Assembly: GCA_016926475.1 (NCBI GenBank)
Contig: JAFGON010000073.1
Location: forward strand, 9,942-73,941
Source of the DNA: a candidate division WOR-3 bacterium
GTDB taxonomy: Bacteria; SDB-A
Length of the DNA stretch: 64,000 bases
Direction: 5' to 3'
Shown here: piece by piece, positions 58,940-64,000 of the stretch
Position numbering within the stretch: position 1 is the stretch's first letter
Layout: every line of letters begins with the position of its first letter
Program-made: the position numbers and the translations under genes
The notes under the pieces: generated by a model
Told to the model about the DNA's origin: nothing
Database searches by the model: none
Seen by the model: the letters and a program-made list of their open reading frames with translations, nothing else

Positions 58940-59413
58940 ATGACCGAAGAAAAAAAAATTGATCTGCTGAGAAAAGTCGCCCTTTTCAGAGGTTTGAACC
59001 GTGAAGAGATTATTGAGCTTTTAAAGAGGGCAAAACTTAAAATTTTTTCACAGGGCGAGACGATTTTCAACGAAGGCGAAAAAGGCGATTCAATGTTTGT
59101 CATTATTAAAGGGAGAGTGAGGATTTCCACTATAATTCCGGGAGTGGGCGAAGAAGCCCTCGCTATTTACGGACCTGGCGAAATAATTGGGGAAATGGCT
59201 CTCGTTGAAGCTTCCAAAAGATCAGCTACTGTTACAGCAGAAGAGGAGACCGAGACAATCGGTTTCAAAAGAGAAAAACTCATCGAGTTCATGCAGGAAT
59301 ACCCAGGCGCCGGAATAAATATACTGTGGGTTCTCGTGAGAACTTTAGCTGAAAGATTGAGAGCCACAAACGAGCGGCTCAAACCAATTTTCGCTCTCGC
59401 GAAGACATTTTGA
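58940..59413 (+). CDS. Stand-alone cyclic-nucleotide-binding domain protein (no output domain)
   Basis: LFRGL...GETIFNEGEKGDSMFVIIKGRVRI...GEMALVEASKRSATV matches the CAP/PKA-type cNMP-binding fold. At 157 aa it has no HTH. Confidence 0.8.
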   Translation: MTEEKKIDLLRKVALFRGLNREEIIELLKRAKLKIFSQGETIFNEGEKGDSMFVIIKGRVRISTIIPGVGEEALAIYGPGEIIGEMALVEASKRSATVTAEEETETIGFKREKLIEFMQEYPGAGINILWVLVRTLAERLRATNERLKPIFALAKTF

Positions 59414-60246
59414 GAGGTAAGTTCAAACTTCAAGACTTCAAAAAGCGCAAATCCGAAAACAGGAAGATTTGCGCACTTACGGCTTATGATTTCTGTATGG
59501 CTCACTGGCTCGGGCAGACTGATATTGATTTCATTTTAGTTGGAGATTCCGCGGGAATGGTCGTCTTCGGCGACGAAAACACGCTTTCCGTGACCGTTGA
59601 CGATATCGTAAAATTTTCGTCCGCCGTCAGAAAGGGGTCCCCTGAAAGTTTTATCATAGCCGACATGCCCTTTCTTTCCTACCAGCTATCAAGCGAAAGA
59701 GCAGTTGAAAACGCCGGCAGGCTTATTGTTGAAGGCCGGGCTGACGCTGTTAAAATCGAAGGAGGATCGGGAGTATTTGACAAAATTGAAGCCATATTGA
59801 AAGCCGGTATTGCGGTCCAGGGTCATCTCGGTTTGACGCCCCAGTCGGTTTCGAGATTTGGCGGGTACAGAGTTCAAGGGCGAAGCGAAAAAGACGCAAA
59901 GATAATTCTCGAAGACGCTAAAAAGCTCGAAGATCTCGGAGTCTTCAGCATAGTCCTCGAATTCATTCCCTACGAACTCGCCGAAATAGTAACCAAGTCT
60001 CTGAAAATACCTACCGTAGGGATTGGAAGCGGTTCCGCCTGCGACGGACAGATACTCGTGACGAACGATATCTTAGGCTTGACCCCTTCAGGCGGACCCA
60101 AGTTTGCCAGAAAATATGCCGATTCAGCCCAGACTATAATCCACGCCGTTTCTAATTTCATAAAAGATGTTAACTCAGGAAGCTACCCTTCAGAAAAAGA
60201 AACAGTTCGGACCGATCAGGAAAAATCAGACGGGACAAAAAAATGA
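59410..60246 (+). CDS. panB: 3-methyl-2-oxobutanoate hydroxymethyltransferase
   Basis: ALTAYDF, LVGDSAGMV, ADMPFLSY, VKIEGG and GHLGLTPQS motifs. TTG start overlapping the upstream stop. Confidence 0.9.
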   Translation: MRGKFKLQDFKKRKSENRKICALTAYDFCMAHWLGQTDIDFILVGDSAGMVVFGDENTLSVTVDDIVKFSSAVRKGSPESFIIADMPFLSYQLSSERAVENAGRLIVEGRADAVKIEGGSGVFDKIEAILKAGIAVQGHLGLTPQSVSRFGGYRVQGRSEKDAKIILEDAKKLEDLGVFSIVLEFIPYELAEIVTKSLKIPTVGIGSGSACDGQILVTNDILGLTPSGGPKFARKYADSAQTIIHAVSNFIKDVNSGSYPSEKETVRTDQEKSDGTKK

Positions 60247-62000
60247 ATGTAGATTTTCTCTCCCTTTCCGAAAAGGAGATGGCTGAAAAACTTGTTCAAA
60301 AATTGCTCGAAAAAAATTTGATCAAAAAAGAAAACCTCGAGAAGATACAAAGGCATTCAATAATATCTTCACAGAATATCTTGGCGGCTTTAGTCCAGAC
60401 AAAAACAGTATCTGAAGAAAGCGTTTTCGAGAATTTCGCCGAACTTATTGGATTACCTTTCATCCATATAGACCCTCTTTCACTCGACCTCGAAATAGTC
60501 ACCGGAGCGATACCCCAGAAATATTCCAAGCACAACAAAATCGTCCCCCTCTCCCGCGAAGGTGATAAATTGACGGTGGCTTTCAGCGATCCATCTGTTT
60601 TAAAGCTGAAAGACGAAATAGAAAACCAACTTCACACGAATTTGAAATTCGTTTTAGCCAAACCCTCGGATATAGAAAAAGTCATTGAGGGTTTTTTCTC
60701 TTTTCATTCGGCTTTAAAAGCCGCGGAATCGCTTTTGCGATCCGGCACTCTCGAATCTAAAAATATTTTCAACAAGGAATACTTGAGCCAAACCGAAACA
60801 GAAGTCCAACCCAACATCAAACCCATAGTCACCGCAGTCGACAATCTTTTTTCATACGCATTCGAACAGAGAGCTTCAGATATTCATATAGAACCTAAGA
60901 GAAACCTCTCGCTCGTGAGAATGCGAATCGACGGAATTCTTCACGACGTTCATGTTATCCCGAACATAGTTCATTCAGCTATTGTCTCCCGCATCAAGAT
61001 TCTTTCAGGTCTTGACATTTCACAAAAAAGAATACCCCAGGACGGAAGGATAAAGAAAAAATACAAGGAAAACGAACTTGAAATTAGAATCTCGACTATA
61101 CCAACCGTGTTTGGAGAGAAGGTTGTCATGAGAATATTCGACCCGGATGTCTTGCTTCAAAACATAGACGACCTCGGATTTTTCGAAGACGACATGCTTC
61201 TCGTCAGGGAGTTTTTAGGTCACAACGAGGGAATACTCCTGTTGACAGGACCCACGGGAAGCGGAAAGACGACGAGTCTTTATTCCCTTTTAAAAGAGCT
61301 TTCCAGACCAGAAGTAAACATCGTCACAATAGAAGACCCCGTAGAACTCGTTTATGAAGATTTCAACCAGATACCCGTGGACAATAAATCCGGCATAGGT
61401 TTTGCCAACGCCTTGAGAAATGTTCTAAGACAGGACCCCGATATCATAATGGTCGGCGAGATCAGGGATACCGAGACAGCCGAATACGCCATACAAGCAG
61501 CTCTCACAGGTCATCTCGTTTTTTCGACTCTCCACACAATAGACGCGCCTTCTGCCATATCGAGAATGATTAATCTCGGAATACCGAAATTCTTGTTATC
61601 GAGCACACTGATAGGAGTTATTGCTCAGAGGCTCATAAGAAAAAATTGTCCGTATTGTTCGGAGGATTTTTCTCTTCCTCCCGAAGCTACGCAAGCTCTT
61701 GAGATTGCCACCGATTCTCTCTCTCAAGCCAACTTGAAAATCGGAAAGGGCTGCGTTCAGTGCAGAGGAACCGGTTTTCTGTACCGAACAGGCATATTTG
61801 AAATACTCAAGGTTACACCCGAAATAAGAAAACTTATTGTCAGGGGAGAGAGCCTCAACTCGATTAGAGGCGAAGCAAAAAGAAACGGCATGAGAAACCT
61901 GCGCGAAGCCGCCACGGCGAAAATGCTGTTGGGAGAGACCTCTTACAAAGAGGTCTTCAGGGTTACCGGTTCTTCGCACTACCTGGTCGAAGATTACTGA
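60243..62000 (+). CDS. GspE/PilB-family secretion/pilus ATPase
   Basis: N-terminal T2SSE_N domain, Walker A GPTGSGKTT, Asp/His boxes and a tetracysteine motif (CPYC...CVQC). ATGA overlap with panB. Confidence 0.9.
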   Translation: MNVDFLSLSEKEMAEKLVQKLLEKNLIKKENLEKIQRHSIISSQNILAALVQTKTVSEESVFENFAELIGLPFIHIDPLSLDLEIVTGAIPQKYSKHNKIVPLSREGDKLTVAFSDPSVLKLKDEIENQLHTNLKFVLAKPSDIEKVIEGFFSFHSALKAAESLLRSGTLESKNIFNKEYLSQTETEVQPNIKPIVTAVDNLFSYAFEQRASDIHIEPKRNLSLVRMRIDGILHDVHVIPNIVHSAIVSRIKILSGLDISQKRIPQDGRIKKKYKENELEIRISTIPTVFGEKVVMRIFDPDVLLQNIDDLGFFEDDMLLVREFLGHNEGILLLTGPTGSGKTTSLYSLLKELSRPEVNIVTIEDPVELVYEDFNQIPVDNKSGIGFANALRNVLRQDPDIIMVGEIRDTETAEYAIQAALTGHLVFSTLHTIDAPSAISRMINLGIPKFLLSSTLIGVIAQRLIRKNCPYCSEDFSLPPEATQALEIATDSLSQANLKIGKGCVQCRGTGFLYRTGIFEILKVTPEIRKLIVRGESLNSIRGEAKRNGMRNLREAATAKMLLGETSYKEVFRVTGSSHYLVEDY

Positions 62001-64000
62001 ACTTTTTTAAATTCTCCACGGCTTTTTCTTTAACTTCAGGGATCTTCAACTCATCTGCCAGCGCTAGAATTTCATACGCTTTTTTATCCGGAAACGAATT
62101 TTTTCCCATCAGCAGGTATAGCTCTAATTGAGATGATAGCAAAATCAGGAGCAAATATTTTAATTTCAATTTTCTGATAATATTTTCGGCTTCTACCGAA
62201 TACTTTTCTGCTTCTTTATACTTTGACTGTTTCATGTACAAGTCTGCTAAATTGCCGAGAACTATCCCCCTGCCTTTGATGTCTCCAATTTTCTCTTTAA
62301 TAGCAAGAGCTTCAGAGAAATATTTAACGGCGTTTTTGTAAGATTTTGTGTTTATCATCAAAATTCCCAAATTTGCCAAAACCCTTGAAACATCGAGCAT
62401 TTCTCCGAATTTTCTGTTCAAGTTCAGGCTCATCTTCAAATATCTTTTAGACTTTCTGTAATCTGGAATGTTCAGATACAGAAGCCCCAGGTTCAGGTAT
62501 ATTTTAGCCACTAAATTCTGTAAACGTCTCTTTTTGTAAACAGCAAGACATTCGCTTAAATATTTCAATGACTTATTGTATTTTTTCTTTTCAAAAAGAA
62601 GATAGGCTATGTTGAATTTTATGCGCGACACAATTATTTCATTTTCCTTGTATTTAGCCACGACATTAAGCCCCTCCGTGTAATAATACATTGCTTTATC
62701 GTACTCTCCCTTGTCCGAAAACACGTTGGCGAGATTCGATAAGACTTGGGACATAAAAATCGGATTGGATTTAACTGCTTTGTTTTTTAAAGCTTTTTGC
62801 AAATACAAAACTGCTTTGGTGTAATCGTTTTTATGATAATAGTTTGTGCCGGTATAAAAGTCGTAATTTAATTTCTTAAATTTGTCATTTTTCAGCAGAT
62901 TCATTTTGACCGCAATTTCAAGCGTATCCTGAGACCTGTCGAATTGACTTAACACCGTGTAATAATTCGAAAGAACAAAAATCGAGTCGGATAATATAGA
63001 TTCGATCTCGCGTTTTCTTTTTCTGTCAAATCTACATTTTTTATGCTCTCTTTTAAGATTACGCACAACGCCCAAAAGAATGGTTTTTGACTTTTTAATG
63101 TCTCCGCGATTTTTTGCCATTTCAGATATTTTTAAATCTACTCGGTAGTGACTGAGTTGGTTTCGTTTTTTTCTCATGCATTCTTTTGATTTTTCATACA
63201 TTTCCAGCGCTTTTTCGTAGAGGTATCTTTCTTTCGCGTAATCTCCAGCTTTTTCAGACCATTCAGCGCTCCTGTTCCAATTACCGGCACCCATGAAATG
63301 ATGGGCAATTGTCTCGAAGCAAGACTTTTTATGGCCTCTTTCTTCAGCAAATATTCTCGCTATTTTTTCATGTCTTCGTTTTTTATCCGTTTCGAGCATT
63401 ATTCCGTTTAAAGTTCTTGAAACCACATCGCTTTTCATTTTTAGAAAGTGTTTTTCCTTTCGGATGAAAAAACCTTTTCTTAATAGTTCATCAACTGAAT
63501 TTTCGAATTCTGATCTCTTTGTTTCTTGCACAAGAGATATTATTTTTTCATCTATACGGTCAATAAAAAGTGAACAGGTCAAAACCAAATCTTTTGAACT
63601 GCTGCTTAACTCGTCGGCTTTTGCTACTATTACATCCTTGATGTTCACCGGAAGGGATTTTGCATCAGTTCTCAGAAAAGCAGTACTGCTTCGGGTGCTG
63701 ATCCAATTGTTTTTTAAAAGATAATCGCAATAAGTCGATATAAAAAATGGATTCCCGTTTGTCGCTTTATAGATAAAATCCAACAGAGATTTTGAAGAAT
63801 TTACTTTCAAGACAGAGTTAATGAGGTTTGAAGTCTCTTTTTTGTTTAAATTTCTCACCGTGATTACGGTCGCTTTCTGCTCTATCGAACTCAAACACTT
63901 TCTCTCCGACAAGTTGCCTGAATGCCTTGAAATGAGTATCATCAAAATCTTTAAGTTTTCTGAATACTCAATAACTTCCGACAGTATTCTGCATGAAAGC
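61963..64000 (-). CDS. STAND-ATPase/TPR protein, partial (N-terminus beyond the window); paralog of 30735..34163
   Basis: The reading frame stays open to the window edge, with no stop upstream of the track's TTG start. It has GNPFFISTY like the GNPFFAEQL of the other protein, then a long TPR array. Confidence 0.75.
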   Translation of the reverse strand, partial: LSCRILSEVIEYSENLKILMILISRHSGNLSERKCLSSIEQKATVITVRNLNKKETSNLINSVLKVNSSKSLLDFIYKATNGNPFFISTYCDYLLKNNWISTRSSTAFLRTDAKSLPVNIKDVIVAKADELSSSSKDLVLTCSLFIDRIDEKIISLVQETKRSEFENSVDELLRKGFFIRKEKHFLKMKSDVVSRTLNGIMLETDKKRRHEKIARIFAEERGHKKSCFETIAHHFMGAGNWNRSAEWSEKAGDYAKERYLYEKALEMYEKSKECMRKKRNQLSHYRVDLKISEMAKNRGDIKKSKTILLGVVRNLKREHKKCRFDRKRKREIESILSDSIFVLSNYYTVLSQFDRSQDTLEIAVKMNLLKNDKFKKLNYDFYTGTNYYHKNDYTKAVLYLQKALKNKAVKSNPIFMSQVLSNLANVFSDKGEYDKAMYYYTEGLNVVAKYKENEIIVSRIKFNIAYLLFEKKKYNKSLKYLSECLAVYKKRRLQNLVAKIYLNLGLLYLNIPDYRKSKRYLKMSLNLNRKFGEMLDVSRVLANLGILMINTKSYKNAVKYFSEALAIKEKIGDIKGRGIVLGNLADLYMKQSKYKEAEKYSVEAENIIRKLKLKYLLLILLSSQLELYLLMGKNSFPDKKAYEILALADELKIPEVKEKAVENLKKFSNLRPGSAKNR

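Overview
This is a densely packed chromosomal window from an AT-rich bacterium: about 60 protein-coding genes and one tRNA. I saw no rRNA, CRISPR array, transposase or integrase. All protein calls come from motif reading of the supplied translations; no searches were run.

Lineage (inference): two proteins carry T9SS-type C-terminal sorting domains while many genes have strong AGGAGG ribosome-binding sites. This points to an uncultured FCB-superphylum-like lineage.

Main blocks:
- **1-7.4 kb:** a formate module. focA-mobA-fdhD converge on a selenocysteine (UGA) formate dehydrogenase with two sulfhydrogenase beta/gamma-like electron-transfer subunits.
- **7.4-14.2 kb:** a minus-strand string: TsaC::LMW-phosphatase fusion, purE, a sigma-70 factor, recJ, scpA, and an unusual 716-aa acidic protein with nine zinc-ribbon repeats.
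- **14.3-20.4 kb:** dapH, an aminotransferase, rsmB, ahcY and a SpoU methyltransferase.
- **20.5-27 kb:** an NFACT protein, efp, a TPR protein, a lipoprotein and a C25 (gingipain-like) T9SS protease broken by one in-frame TGA.
- **27-30 kb:** ligA.
- **29.6-38.3 kb:** a 1142-aa tandem-cyclase/STAND-ATPase/TPR protein coupled to a formyltransferase and an LbH acetyltransferase, then a stand-alone cyclase and a GT39-TPR protein.
- **38.3-40.6 kb:** tdh-kbl.
- **40.7-50.1 kb:** a co-directional string: recF, DUF721, gyrB, gyrA and a four-gene transcarboxylase set.
- **50-64 kb:** envelope and stress genes (SPOR, GHL10, PASTA-only protein, three Hsp20, LysM), tRNA-Glu, a cNMP-binding protein, panB, a GspE/PilB ATPase and a second, truncated STAND-TPR paralog.

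Most interesting observations: the nine-fold zinc-ribbon protein, the UGA recoding events, the pseudo-heterodimeric tandem cyclase STAND protein and its coupled genes, and a 630-bp unannotated spacer upstream of fdhA.
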